Source: Clostridia bacterium
Lineage (GTDB): Bacteria; Bacillota; Clostridia; Oscillospirales; CAG-272
Assembly (NCBI GenBank): GCA_017403155.1
Contig: JAFQOP010000017.1
Span: 17,023-81,022 of the forward strand
Length of the DNA: 64,000 bases
Reading direction: 5' to 3'
Part shown: positions 8,801-19,100 of the stretch, one piece after another
Layout: each line of letters begins with the position of its first letter
How positions within the stretch are numbered: the stretch's first letter is position 1
Made by a program: the position numbers and the translations under genes
The notes under the pieces: generated by a model
Databases searched by the model: none
What the model was told of the DNA's origin: nothing
The model's input: only the letters and a program-made list of their open reading frames with translations

Positions 8801-8882
8801 TTTGTATCTCCTTTTACCTTTATACTCTAATTATACTTCATTTTTACATTGAAATCTATCACGGTATTGACCTCTGCTTTGG

Positions 8883-8920
8883 AAAAAAATAAGCCCGAGC
8901 CACCAAAATGGCTCGGGCTT
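8883..8920 (-). terminator. Intrinsic terminator after the purine permease gene
   Basis: 12-bp perfect stem AAGCCCGAGCCA/TGGCTCGGGCTT (8891-8902 and 8909-8920) with a 6-nt loop. A T8 tract follows on the minus strand. Confidence 0.75.
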
Positions 8921-8938
8921 GACATTATATTGCCCTGT

Positions 8939-10450
8939 TTAGATAACAGTGGGAACGAAGAAGTAGAGGCAGAAGAGCAGAGATACAACTATCGAAACGA
9001 TAGATACGTTCCACTCGGGCTTCTCGGTCTTCGTAACAGCAGACTTGATAAGACCTACAACGTATGCGATAAGGGACATAACGGTGTGAGCAAGAAGACC
9101 GATACCGATGCCCTTGGTGATGGAGTAGGAGAGAACCATTACAGCGATGGTAAGGAACGCGGAGGTTGCCTTGATTGCATCGCCAAAGTCGATAGCCTTA
9201 ACGTTGTTCTTCATCATAAGCACGCCTACGTAGATAAGCGCGGATGCAGCTGCCGCGGAGGGGATAGCTGCGAACAGAGGAAGAGCAAACATGGAAAGGA
9301 AGAACATGCAAGCAGTGGTGAAAGCAGTCAGACCCGTTCTGCCGCCTGCGGAAACACCTGCGCCCGACTCAACGAAGGTGGTAACGGTAGAGGTACCGAG
9401 AACAGCACCTGCGCAGGTAGCAATAGCGTCGGACATCATGATCTTGCCGTAGTTGTGGGGCTTGTCGTTCTCGTCGGAGAGAATTCTGTTACCGCCGCAG
9501 CAACCAACGATGGTGCCCATGGTGTCGAACATATCGATCATGCACATGGTGATAATAACCATGATTACAGTAAAGACAGAGCCATCGGGGAAGCCCGTCT
9601 TAAATACGTCGGTGAAGGAGAGGAATACGCTGTCCTCGCTGGTGAAGAAGTTAGCGAAGTTCTCCCAGAACTTCCACGAAACGGTGTCGGTACCGCCGAG
9701 GATGGAGAGGTCGGTAACACCGAGAGGAATACCGACGACGGTAGCGCCGAGTATGCCGAGGATAACCGAGCCCTTAACGTTGAACTTATCGAGAATAGCA
9801 ATAAAGAACAGACCTGCGATAGCAACTACAGCAGTCTTTGCAGCAAATGCGGGGGGATTGCCTGCGTTAACAATCTGCTCGCCCCAGTTGGTAAAGTCAA
9901 CAAAGCCAACCTGAGTGTAGGGGTTGTGTACGATAACGCCTGCATTCTGGAAGCCTATGTAAGCAATGAAGAGACCGATACCTACCGAAATTGCACCTCT
10001 TACTGCAACGGGCATACCGTCGAATACGAGCTCACGGAAGGTCTTGCCCTTGATCTTTACAAGGGAAAGTGCAAGGAAAAGAAGACCGGAAATGAGAACC
10101 ATCGCATACGCCTGACCAATTGTGAAGCGAACGCCGTAGGTTCCTGCTGCCCAGAGCGCGATAAGACCGCCGAGCATAGAGTTGAGACCCATACCCGAAG
10201 CCTGTGCGAGGGGCATCTTAGCGAGGAACGCCATGAGAAGCGTGCCGATGATTGCTCCGAGCGCCGTAGCGATGAAGAGAGAAGGCCAGATAGCAGCTGA
10301 ATTCTCCATACCTACGAGGATCTGAGCAGGGTTAACCGTCAGAATGTAAGCCATTGCAAGGAAGGTAACGATGCCTGCAATGATTTCCGTTTTGACGCTT
10401 GTTTGTTTCTCCACGGGATCGAAGCCGAGGAGCTTGCCAAACTTGTTCAT
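8939..10450 (-). CDS. NCS2/AzgA-family purine (adenine/guanine/hypoxanthine) permease
   Basis: The N-terminus MNKFGKLLGFDP..TSVKTEIIAGIVTFLAMAYILTVNP is typical of AzgA/PbuG-type permeases, and the protein has 12 or more hydrophobic segments. The start is set at the ATG at 10450 (AGGAGG 5 nt upstream) rather than the GTG at 10474 used by the track. Confidence 0.9.
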   Translation of the reverse strand: MNKFGKLLGFDPVEKQTSVKTEIIAGIVTFLAMAYILTVNPAQILVGMENSAAIWPSLFIATALGAIIGTLLMAFLAKMPLAQASGMGLNSMLGGLIALWAAGTYGVRFTIGQAYAMVLISGLLFLALSLVKIKGKTFRELVFDGMPVAVRGAISVGIGLFIAYIGFQNAGVIVHNPYTQVGFVDFTNWGEQIVNAGNPPAFAAKTAVVAIAGLFFIAILDKFNVKGSVILGILGATVVGIPLGVTDLSILGGTDTVSWKFWENFANFFTSEDSVFLSFTDVFKTGFPDGSVFTVIMVIITMCMIDMFDTMGTIVGCCGGNRILSDENDKPHNYGKIMMSDAIATCAGAVLGTSTVTTFVESGAGVSAGGRTGLTAFTTACMFFLSMFALPLFAAIPSAAAASALIYVGVLMMKNNVKAIDFGDAIKATSAFLTIAVMVLSYSITKGIGIGLLAHTVMSLIAYVVGLIKSAVTKTEKPEWNVSIVSIVVSLLFCLYFFVPTVI

Positions 10451-10495
10451 AAGAACCTCCTTTTTACGTGCCACATCGGCACAAATTATGGTTTT

Positions 10496-10524
10496 ATTCT
10501 AGCACATAATTCACAGAATTGCAA
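10496..10524 (-). promoter_or_regulatory. Candidate promoter of the purine permease
   Basis: On the minus strand: TTGCAA, 17 nt, TAGAAT, about 45 nt upstream of the ATG. Confidence 0.45.
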
Positions 10525-10565
10525 TATATTTTTTCAAAATTATACATATTTTGCGTGTGGCACGC

Positions 10566-10608
10566 GCAAAAACTCAAAAAGAGGGGGCACACTTCAGCCG
10601 TGCGCCCC
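10566..10608 (-). terminator. Intrinsic terminator after the radical-SAM operon
   Basis: GC-rich stem GGGGCACAC / GTGCGCCCC with one mismatch (10584-10608). CTCTTTTTGAGTTTTT follows on the minus strand. Confidence 0.55.
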
Positions 10609-10612
10609 TTAA

Positions 10613-11491
10613 TTACTTGTTTCTTACAGTATCGAATATCGGAATGATATCATTTCCAAGAGGGAATCGCTCCTTTGAGGTTGAGCTTTTTGCTATCTCC
10701 CTTTTTACAAGGTCGATATACATGCTCGCATCTCCGTCCTCTCCCATAAACATCCTCTCATATTCCTCGTCTCCTATCATCCCACGCACGTCTAGCTGGG
10801 AAAGCGCCAGGTTGTCAAAGGAAATAACCGCAAAGCGGTCGAGAATGGTAGGGAGCAGCTCTCTTGTTCTTTTCATATTATCTTCAACCGCAGAGCTGAA
10901 AAAGTCCTCTCCGCGTCCGAAGCGCTTGTACCCGAGCAGTAGCACCTTTAGTCCGAGATCGGCAATCTTTTCATAGTCCTCAAAGACTCCGTTTATAAGG
11001 TGTAAAACTGCGTTTGGGTACCCCCGTGCGAAATTAACCGTCTCGCAGTCATAGCGTGAGAGGGAGATTCCGAGCCCATGAATGAGCCCTGCTCCGATAA
11101 GCTCCGAGACCAGCTCGCGCTCTCTTTTCAGGTGCACTGCATTGACCGTCAGATTGCATATAACTCCCTGCCGCTTCATTCGCCACAGAAAGGGAACGAC
11201 AGACGGGTGAGACAGTGGGTTGCCTCCGCCGATTGCCAACTCCGTGCCTGCTCTGAGCGTTGAGAGAAAGGGCTCGTCAAGATTGCCTGCCTTGCCGTCC
11301 GGGGATGACATTTCGTGGCACATTGGGCACCCCGTGTCGCAAAAATCGGTTATTTTCAGGTCGATACTGTCGGGAAATGCCGCGAAAAAGGAATCTTCGT
11401 CCGTTTCCTTTATCTTCGTTCCGTCGCTGTACAGCTTCACCGAGTAATTGCCGTTTTCATACGAGGCAATGAGACGTCTTGTCGGATACAT
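10613..11491 (-). CDS. Radical SAM enzyme (small, single-cluster type)
   Basis: CxxxCxxC motif in ITDFCDTGCPMCHEM, and a GGGNPL SAM-binding-like motif. The start overlaps the upstream stop (TGATG), which indicates translational coupling. Confidence 0.8.
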   Translation of the reverse strand: MYPTRRLIASYENGNYSVKLYSDGTKIKETDEDSFFAAFPDSIDLKITDFCDTGCPMCHEMSSPDGKAGNLDEPFLSTLRAGTELAIGGGNPLSHPSVVPFLWRMKRQGVICNLTVNAVHLKRERELVSELIGAGLIHGLGISLSRYDCETVNFARGYPNAVLHLINGVFEDYEKIADLGLKVLLLGYKRFGRGEDFFSSAVEDNMKRTRELLPTILDRFAVISFDNLALSQLDVRGMIGDEEYERMFMGEDGDASMYIDLVKREIAKSSTSKERFPLGNDIIPIFDTVRNK

Positions 11492-12186
11492 CAGTATACC
11501 TCACCCGTTACCTCTAGGATGATGCCCGCATTCCACTCTGTCGCATACACGCCTGTTCCGTCGTCGAGGTATCTTTTTGCTGCTGCAAGCAGCTCCTCGT
11601 CGGTGTCGGTGAGAGATATGCCGAGATTGTTTGCAATTCTTATGTAGGAATGAAATCCGCAGTCACATTCGATAAGGCATCCGTTCATAAAGTGGGCATC
11701 ACAGCGGAATCTGCCGATAAGCTCGCGAGCTCTTTTGTAGTCCTCTATAAAATATTTCTCGGCAAACTTAACGATATCCCCCTCGCCCGACTCCTTGTAG
11801 GCTGCCTTGAAGTACATACTCTTGTCAAGATATTTTTCGAGTGCTGCCTCGTCTCCGAGAATTTTATAAAGCTCGGTGTCGGCGAATGCCTCGTACTCTA
11901 TCTCGCGCAGAGCCATCTCGCGGGATAGCCCCAGCTTTTCGCAAAACGCGAGAATTGCCTGCTCCTTAAATCTTAAAAGGAGCTTTTCCCATTTTTTCTT
12001 AAACGAGGTTGTGTCCTCGTGCTTTGAGTTTTCGATAAGACCGAAGAGCAACGCCATCTTCGCCCTGTCAGAGCGTATTTCAAAGGAGATTTCCTCGGGC
12101 ATCTTCTCTCCGTCCTTAACTATTGCCAGAGAGTGGGTGCTCGAGCTGTTTGTTTCAAATACGCCGCGTCTTATTACCTTTTTCAT
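11491..12186 (-). CDS. Hypothetical protein with N-terminal FETNSSSTHS motif and C-terminal Cys cluster
   Basis: 231-aa ORF with C-terminal RCDAHFMNGCLIECDCGFH. It is coupled to the radical SAM gene, and I recognise no family. Confidence 0.65.
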   Translation of the reverse strand: MKKVIRRGVFETNSSSTHSLAIVKDGEKMPEEISFEIRSDRAKMALLFGLIENSKHEDTTSFKKKWEKLLLRFKEQAILAFCEKLGLSREMALREIEYEAFADTELYKILGDEAALEKYLDKSMYFKAAYKESGEGDIVKFAEKYFIEDYKRARELIGRFRCDAHFMNGCLIECDCGFHSYIRIANNLGISLTDTDEELLAAAKRYLDDGTGVYATEWNAGIILEVTGEVY

Positions 12187-12211
12187 CGTTTTAAACCTCT
12201 TTTTATGTATA

Positions 12212-12628
12212 TTATTTCTTGTCGGGAGAAAATACCTTCTTAAAGCAGTTGTAATTATAGAGCTCCATAGCCCGTGGGTTGACGTAAACCGAAAAGACTA
12301 TGCGCCTGAAGAATCTGTCAAATCCCTCATCCGTCAAAACCTCATTGAAAAGTCGGGCGACGTCTGCCGCTCTGTGTCCAAAGGCTCCGCACCCCCACGC
12401 ACCGAGTATCAGCGTGTCATAGCCGCCGTCAAGAGCTGTGGCGAACAAGCATCTCATTTTATGCCTCATAGCCTCGTCTATATCGGACAAAATTGCCTCT
12501 ATTCTGCCGGGGGAGTAAATGACAGTGCGCGATATGCCCTCCGGGAGGGAAAATCGCTCTCCACCGGCAAAATAACTCAATTCAGAGCATATTTTCAGGT
12601 TCTCGCTTGCAATTTCTGCGTTATTCAT
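12212..12628 (-). CDS. Macrodomain fragment resembling the C-terminal half of the TIGR02452 / bacterial PARG-like family
   Basis: 138 aa containing TLILGAWGCGAFGH, the conserved C-terminal glycine-rich strand of that family. The N-terminal catalytic half is absent. The gene has its own promoter and an AAGAAGG SD. Confidence 0.6.
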   Translation of the reverse strand: MNNAEIASENLKICSELSYFAGGERFSLPEGISRTVIYSPGRIEAILSDIDEAMRHKMRCLFATALDGGYDTLILGAWGCGAFGHRAADVARLFNEVLTDEGFDRFFRRIVFSVYVNPRAMELYNYNCFKKVFSPDKK

Positions 12629-12673
12629 AGCGTGACGCCTTCTTTAACAGATTTTTTTGTTGACATTAACTAA

Positions 12674-12702
12674 AGTATAACATATTTTTTTCCTATATGC
12701 AA
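12674..12702 (-). promoter_or_regulatory. Promoter of the macrodomain / unknown / radical-SAM operon
   Basis: On the minus strand: TTGCAT, 17 nt, TATACT, with TGt extended -10. It lies about 45 nt upstream of the ATG at 12628. Confidence 0.5.
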
Positions 12703-13068
12703 GGCATAAACAAAAAATGAGCCTAAATAATGAATTTTACGTCTCGCAGATAAGGAGGAAAATGTCGGGTAAAGTGAGATAAGTAGTGACCCGTGTCGAA
12801 ATTAGCGCACAAAATTGCGGTGAAAGAGATAAACATTATAGGATAATTTTAGTAAACACTTGTTTGCATTTTTTGCGCTGAATGCTTTTTGAAATTGAAA
12901 AATGACTCCGCTTTTTTCCAAAAATGCAAGAAGAAGCCTCAAATCCTGCAAAAATAAGCATCAAAATCCGAAAAAATCCTTATACTTATTGATTTTATTT
13001 GAAATTATACTCGCGTATCCAAATATTGAATTTGCAAGTCGATTTTACAGAAAATTCAAATTTAGAAC

Positions 13069-13097
13069 TTGACTTTTTGATAAGAAATATATATTAT
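13069..13097 (+). promoter_or_regulatory. Promoter of the giant subtilase gene / block-1 operon
   Basis: TTGACT, 17 nt, TATTAT, 48 nt upstream of the ATG at 13146. A GAGGAA SD lies 5 nt before the start. Confidence 0.5.
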
Positions 13098-13145
13098 ATT
13101 ATAGTGCAATTAATTTAACGCAAAATAATTTTTTGAGGAAACAAA

Positions 13146-16100
13146 ATGCGAAACTTCAACAACACAACCGAAAAGAAAGCAACGAGGAGAACAAGGCTCG
13201 TTGCCTGGCTTATGATCGCAGTGCTGATTTTGCAGATATTCTCTGTTCTTGCCTTCGCGGCAAACGGCGGCGAACCGATCTTCAGCCTCCCCACCACTAA
13301 CACCGATAAGGGCGGAACGGTGAGCGGAATCGGAAAGCTTGAGAGCGATGCAATATCGGCTCAGCTGAAGAAGGATTTCATCGGCTCTCTCAACAAGGAC
13401 CTCGTCAAGAGAATTGAGGACCTTGAGCTGCGCGGAGCCGTTGGAGCTATCATCTCCTTCTCCGACGAATCGCTTATATCGTCCTTTACCTCGTCTCAGT
13501 ATGCTGACAGGATGACCTACGGAGAGTTCCGTACGTCTGCTGCGGCAGAGAAAATAAGAGAGAGGCTTGCTGAGAATCAGGAGGGCGTTATCTCCGCTCT
13601 TCGCTCGGCAGGACTCATCACCGAGGTTAAATACAATTACTACAATATTATGGACGGTGCATACGTCCGCACAACCTACGAGAATATCGAGAAGCTGTGC
13701 AGCTTTGAGGGCGTTGAGCGTGTTATCATATCCAACACCTATGAGCCCATGACTGCAGTTGATAATCCCGTCGACGTTTATGATACGGGTATATTCAACA
13801 GCAGCAACATAAGCTACACGGGTGAGGGCACCATAGTCGCAATACTTGACTCCGGCTGCGACTACTCTCACAGTGCGTTCACAACACACACAGTTGTAAA
13901 CCCTCTTTACGACAGAGATAAAATTGCGGAAAAGCTCCCGAGCACCGTTGCATATAGCATCGACCCCACCATTGAGGTCAGAGAGGTATATTACGGTAAT
14001 ATCACGGGCGGTAAGGTTGCCTTCGGCTACGACTATGCCGACAAGGATACCGACGTCATGCCCTTCACCAGCAGCCACGGTACCCACGTTGCAGGTATTA
14101 TAGGCGGTATGGACGATACCATTACCGGTGTTGCGATAGATACCCAGCTTGCAATAATGAAGGTCTTCAGTGACTATGATGCGGGTGCTGAGGACGGCGA
14201 TATTCTCGCTGCTCTCGAGGACTCGATAATCCTCGGTGTTGACGCAATCAACATGAGCCTTGGCTCCTCCTGCGGCTTTACACGCGAGGTCGACGACGAG
14301 TACAAGAACGAGCTTTACGACAGAATAGAGGAGGCAGGCATCTCCCTTGTCGTTGCCGCATCCAACGATTACAGCAGCGGCTTTGGCTCCGAGGAGAGTA
14401 ACACCAACAAGACCACCAACCCCGACTCCGCAACCGTAGGCGCACCCTCGACCTACCATGCGGCTCTTGCGGTAGCATCCATCAACGGCCGCAAGGAAAA
14501 CTACATCCTCGTAAACGGAGACACCGAGGTGTTCTTCAACGAGGCGTACAATATGGCTACGGACGAGTACAGCTTCTTTGAGATGCTCGGACTCGACAAG
14601 GATAACACAACAGCAGAGTTCGAGTACGTTACCATCCCCGGCTACGGCTACTCGATAAACTACTCGGGCGTTGACATTGAGGGCAAGATAGCTCTCGTAA
14701 AGCGCGGTGACATCACCTTCGAGGAGAAGGTTCAGTTTGCCTATGAGGCAGGCGCCGCAGGTATCATTATTTATAACAACATCTTCGGTGAAATTTCCAT
14801 GACGGTCGGCAATGACCTCAAGATTCCCGTAGTTTCCATCTCCAAGGACGACGGTGATGCCATGGCAGCAAGGAGCAAGGGCACCATAGTCGTAGACTTC
14901 GGCAACGAGGCAGGCCCCTTTATGAGTGACTTCTCCAGCTGGGGACCCACTCCGAGCCTTGAGCTCAAGCCCGAGATTACAGCACACGGCGGTAACATTC
15001 TCTCTGCTATTGCGGGCGGTGAGTATGAGGAGCAGAGCGGAACGAGTATGGCTGCACCCAATATGTGCGGTATTACCGTCCTCATTCGCCAGTATGTCAA
15101 GGAAAACTTCAAGAATCTTACCGTAACCGAGCAGCGCGACCTTGTAAATCAGCTCTGTATGTCCACAGCGACAATAGCTCTGGACAAGAACGGCAACCCC
15201 TACTCCCCGAGAAAGCAGGGCGCGGGTATCGCGGATATAGCAAAGGCGACCACCACCCCCGCATACCTTTACGTTGAGGGCATTGGCAAGACGAAGATAG
15301 AGCTCTTCGACGACCCCGACCGCCTCGGTGTTTACGAGCTTCCCGTAAAGCTCAAGAATATCTCGGCTGAGCCTCAGAGCTACAGCCTCGGCAGCATTAT
15401 AATGACCGAGAGCATATCTACCTCCGAGCCCGAGTACGTTGCAGAGATGGCATATCTGCTCTCGGCAGCTACCGAATATACCGTAACGGGTGCGACGCGC
15501 GAGGGTGACGTTATCACCGTTGCAGCAGGCGAGACTGCCTCAATCGTTGCGAAGATAACTCTCTCGGATGCGGACAAGGCATACATAAACTCCACCTTCA
15601 AGAACGGTATGTACGTCGAGGGCTTCCTCACTCTCGAGTCTACCGCAGAGAACGGCATCGACCTCAACGCGCCCTTCCTCGGCTTCTTCGGTGACTGGGG
15701 AGAGGCTCCTATCTTTGACCTTGACTACTATGAGGTAGAGACCGAGGCGCACAACGATGCTATTGACGACGACGAGAAGATAAAGGCGGACTACTATGCC
15801 ACCACCCCCACGGGTACATATTACTATGACTACATTCTTCCTCTCGGCAGCTACGTCTACGAGATGGATGAATCCCTTTACAGTGCAATCCCCGCAACCG
15901 AGGAGCACGCGGCAATCTCCTACTTCAGCGATTGTATAAGCGGTGTCTACGGTGTATTTGCGGGACTGCTCAGAGGTGCAAAGGAGATGAGCATCTCCGT
16001 CGTTGACACCTCGACGGGCAAGATAGTGTGGAGCAAGGTGCAGTACAACTGCTATAAGGCTCACTACAACGGCTCTCCCTATCCCTATGTTTCCTCCTTC

Positions 16101-19100
16101 GACCTTCCTATTGCAAACTACAAGACGGGCTCCGTGCTTGGCAGCAACAACACCCGCTTTGAGGTAACCATGAGCGCCAAGCTCGACTGGAACGGCGAGG
16201 AGCGCAATTCCTCCGATACGTATACCTTCTCCTTCTACATTGACTACGAGGCTCCCTCGGTTGTAGACGCAACCTTCAGAACCGAGTACGATAAGAGCAG
16301 GGAGGAGAACAGATACTACGCAGATATAATGGTTTATGACAACCACTACGCAATGTCAATAAGACCTATCATCGCCTACGACCTTGTCGAGGACGGTGAA
16401 ACGAAGAAGACCTACGCATCCCTGACCGAGTATCCCATCCCGATCTACCAGGAGAACCGCGGCGAGGCGTCCAAGGTCACCATTGAGATTACAGATTATA
16501 TTGATATTATCGCGGACTCCGCTCTTCCCGAGGGACTTACCGTGTATATCGATGACTTTGCAATGAACTCGGGCGTATGCTACATCCCCTTCCCCGAGAC
16601 CGAGAGCGATGACCTTTCCTTCATCGATCCCGACGTGCTTAACCCCGAGATCGACCTCGATATCAACGAGACCCTTGATCTTACCACCCTTCTCGTCCAC
16701 AAGGATACCACCGTCCCCGTTGAGACCGATTACCTCAAGACTCTCACCTGGACCTCCTCCGACGAGAGCGTTGTTGCTATCTCGGGCGGCAAGATAGAGG
16801 CAAAGAAGGCGGGCTCCGCCGTCATAAGCGTGACGGGCAGCTCCTGGAAGACCGACAGCGACGTGCCGATCTCCAAGTCTCTTGTCGTAAAGGTAAGCAC
16901 CACAGAGGTGGATAACCCCGACAGCGCAAAGAAGGTGCCGATTGAGGCGCTCGACTTCGTTTCCTATAACACGATCTTCGCCTTTAACAGCGATATCGAT
17001 TACTCGGAGATAGGTGTCACCGACTCTATCAATTACTTCGGTGGCAACAATTCCATCTCCTTCTATCCCTCAGAGCAGGTAAAGCTCAACTACAAGCTTG
17101 ACCCCTGGAACATTGACCCCTCCCGCTACACCCTCACCTGGTCGTCGAGCAATCCGAAGGTTGCCACCGTCGATGAAAACGGTGTTGTCACCGCCGAGAG
17201 CGAGGGCTTTGCGAGAATTTCCCTTCAGATAAAGATAGACGACAGAGTATCTCTGCTTGCAGCGCGCTGCTCTGTAACCGTCAAGAGCGAATTCATTATT
17301 GAAAACCGTACGCTCGTCGCGTACAAGGGTAAGGGCGGTGACGTCGTTATCCCCGACGACGAGGGTATTATGAGCATCGGTGCCTTCGCCTTCTGTCACT
17401 ACGATCTCGATAACGAGAAGGAGGTAGAGAAGGACGAGAACGGCTTCTACGACATTGATGAGAAGAAGGAGCCCCTCGGCAACGATACGGTTACCTCCGT
17501 CGTCATCCCCGACGGTGTGGAGACCATCGATAAGTATGCCTTCTACAACTGCCGTAAGCTCAAGAGTGTTACTCTCCCCGAGAGCTGTAAGACGATAAAC
17601 GAGCGCGCCTTTGCAAACTGCTCGATTCTTGAAGAAGCAAACCTTGAGAGCGTCAGCGTTATTCACAACTATGCGTTCTACAAGTGCGAGAGCCTTAACG
17701 GCGGCAACGACGGCATAGATCTCTCGGGTGTATATGCGGTAGGCGATTATGCCTTCGCAGGCGCGAGATTTGACAGCCTCACCCTCACCAACCTCAGTCT
17801 TACGGGCGTAGGTGCATTCTCCGATTGCACAAAGCTGACGAGCGTGACCCTTGGTGAGAAGACGAGAATATCTAACAGCATGTTTGAGAACACCCCCGTC
17901 ACCGACATCGTGATTTACAGCGATATCGTAGGAGACAAGGCGTTTGCAGGCTGCACCAAGCTCACCTCCGTAGAGTTCAAAAACGACCTTACATACCTCG
18001 GCTCCGAGGCATTCTCGGGCTGTAAGCTCCTTAACAGCGTAACCTTTGACAAGGGCTGTGAGAAGATTGCGGCACTCGCGTTCTACGAGTGTGCTGCTCT
18101 TGAGAGCTTCACTCTTCCCAATTGCGACGTTGTAATCAGCGACGGTGCATTTGGAAGGTCGGGCATTGAGACCCTCATCTTCGGCAAGAAGACTCACATC
18201 ACCGAGGGCGGCATCGGCATCCTCGAGGGTGTTGACAGCCTTGAGGTAGAGCTCGGCGGCTCCGATTACTACGTTCTCGCAGACGGTGCGGTATACACCA
18301 AGGACGGCACCTGTCTCGTTATGCTCCTCCCCGACGCGGCTGTAACCGAGTTTACGGTTCCCGCAGCCGTCACCTACATAATGGACGGAGCATTCTCCTC
18401 CAATAAATATATAAAGAGCATCTCCTTTGAGTCGGGCTCTGCTCTTGAGCGCATCGGCTACGGTGCCTTCTCCGGCTGTACCGCGCTGCGCACTGTAAAT
18501 CTTCCTGCGCGACAGATAAAGATTGGCCCCTCCGCCTTCTTTAACACCGCAAAGCTCGAGTCGGTAAACCTCGAGTCTGTAGCGGAGCTTGGCGACTTTG
18601 CATTCGAGGGCAGTGCTCTCTCCACCGCAAACCTCCTGCTTAACGGTGTTAAGATCGGAGCAGGTGCCTTCTACGGCAGCACCTCCATCAGAACGGTCAA
18701 CCTCGGCGCAGGCGCCGTTATCGGTGACTATGCATTCTCCGATTCGTCCGTCACGACCGTTACCATAGACGGTAAGGGTGCTGTGATAGGCGAGGGCGCA
18801 TTCTTCGCCTGCACAAGGCTCTCGAGCTTTGATTTTGAAGATATTACGGGTAGGGTAGGCGACTTTGCCTTCTACGGCTGTACCTCCCTCACCGGTGTAA
18901 ACGCTCCCGAGATTACCGAGCTTGGCGAGGGCTGCTTTGCAGATTGCTTCTCGCTTGCCTCCTTCCATGCGGCAAAGCTTGAAACGGTCGGCAGCTACGC
19001 ATTCTCCCCCTATGCGGAGGAGTCTGAGAACGGCGCCGCTATCAAGGTGTTTGACGCACCCAACCTTAAAAAGATAGGTGATTATGCATTCTATGCATGC

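Noticed and set aside
8849-10300. 483-aa plus-strand ORF opposite the purine permease.
   Set aside because: This is the codon-aligned antisense shadow of a confidently identified NCS2 permease. The product is a charged, low-complexity sequence with no motifs.
10451-10612. Possible purine riboswitch upstream of the AzgA-type purine permease.
   Set aside because: I read the minus-strand leader and found a promoter-like TTGCAA-17-TAGAAT element and the upstream operon terminator. I did not find the conserved purine-riboswitch core (three-way junction with UAUAAU...GGAUAUGG...CCGUAAA-type segments). The leader is also only about 45 nt long.
12902-13078. 58-codon AT-rich ORF (MTPLFSKNARRSLKSCKNKHQNPKK...) and a 6-codon mini-ORF behind a strong SD (start at about 12761) in the AT-rich spacer.
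   Set aside because: The longer frame has no SD, a codon usage opposite to all genes in the window, and overlaps the promoter of the subtilase gene. The mini-ORF is too short to evaluate. Both are treated as non-coding.
12629-13145. oriC at the strand-switch region near rsmG and the ParB-like gene.
   Set aside because: Only 7/9 matches to the DnaA box TTATCCACA were seen (GTATCCAAA, TTTTCCAAA). There is no cluster of boxes and no dnaA/dnaN nearby. A second polarity switch occurs at 52.9 kb, so the polarity change is explained by operon layout.
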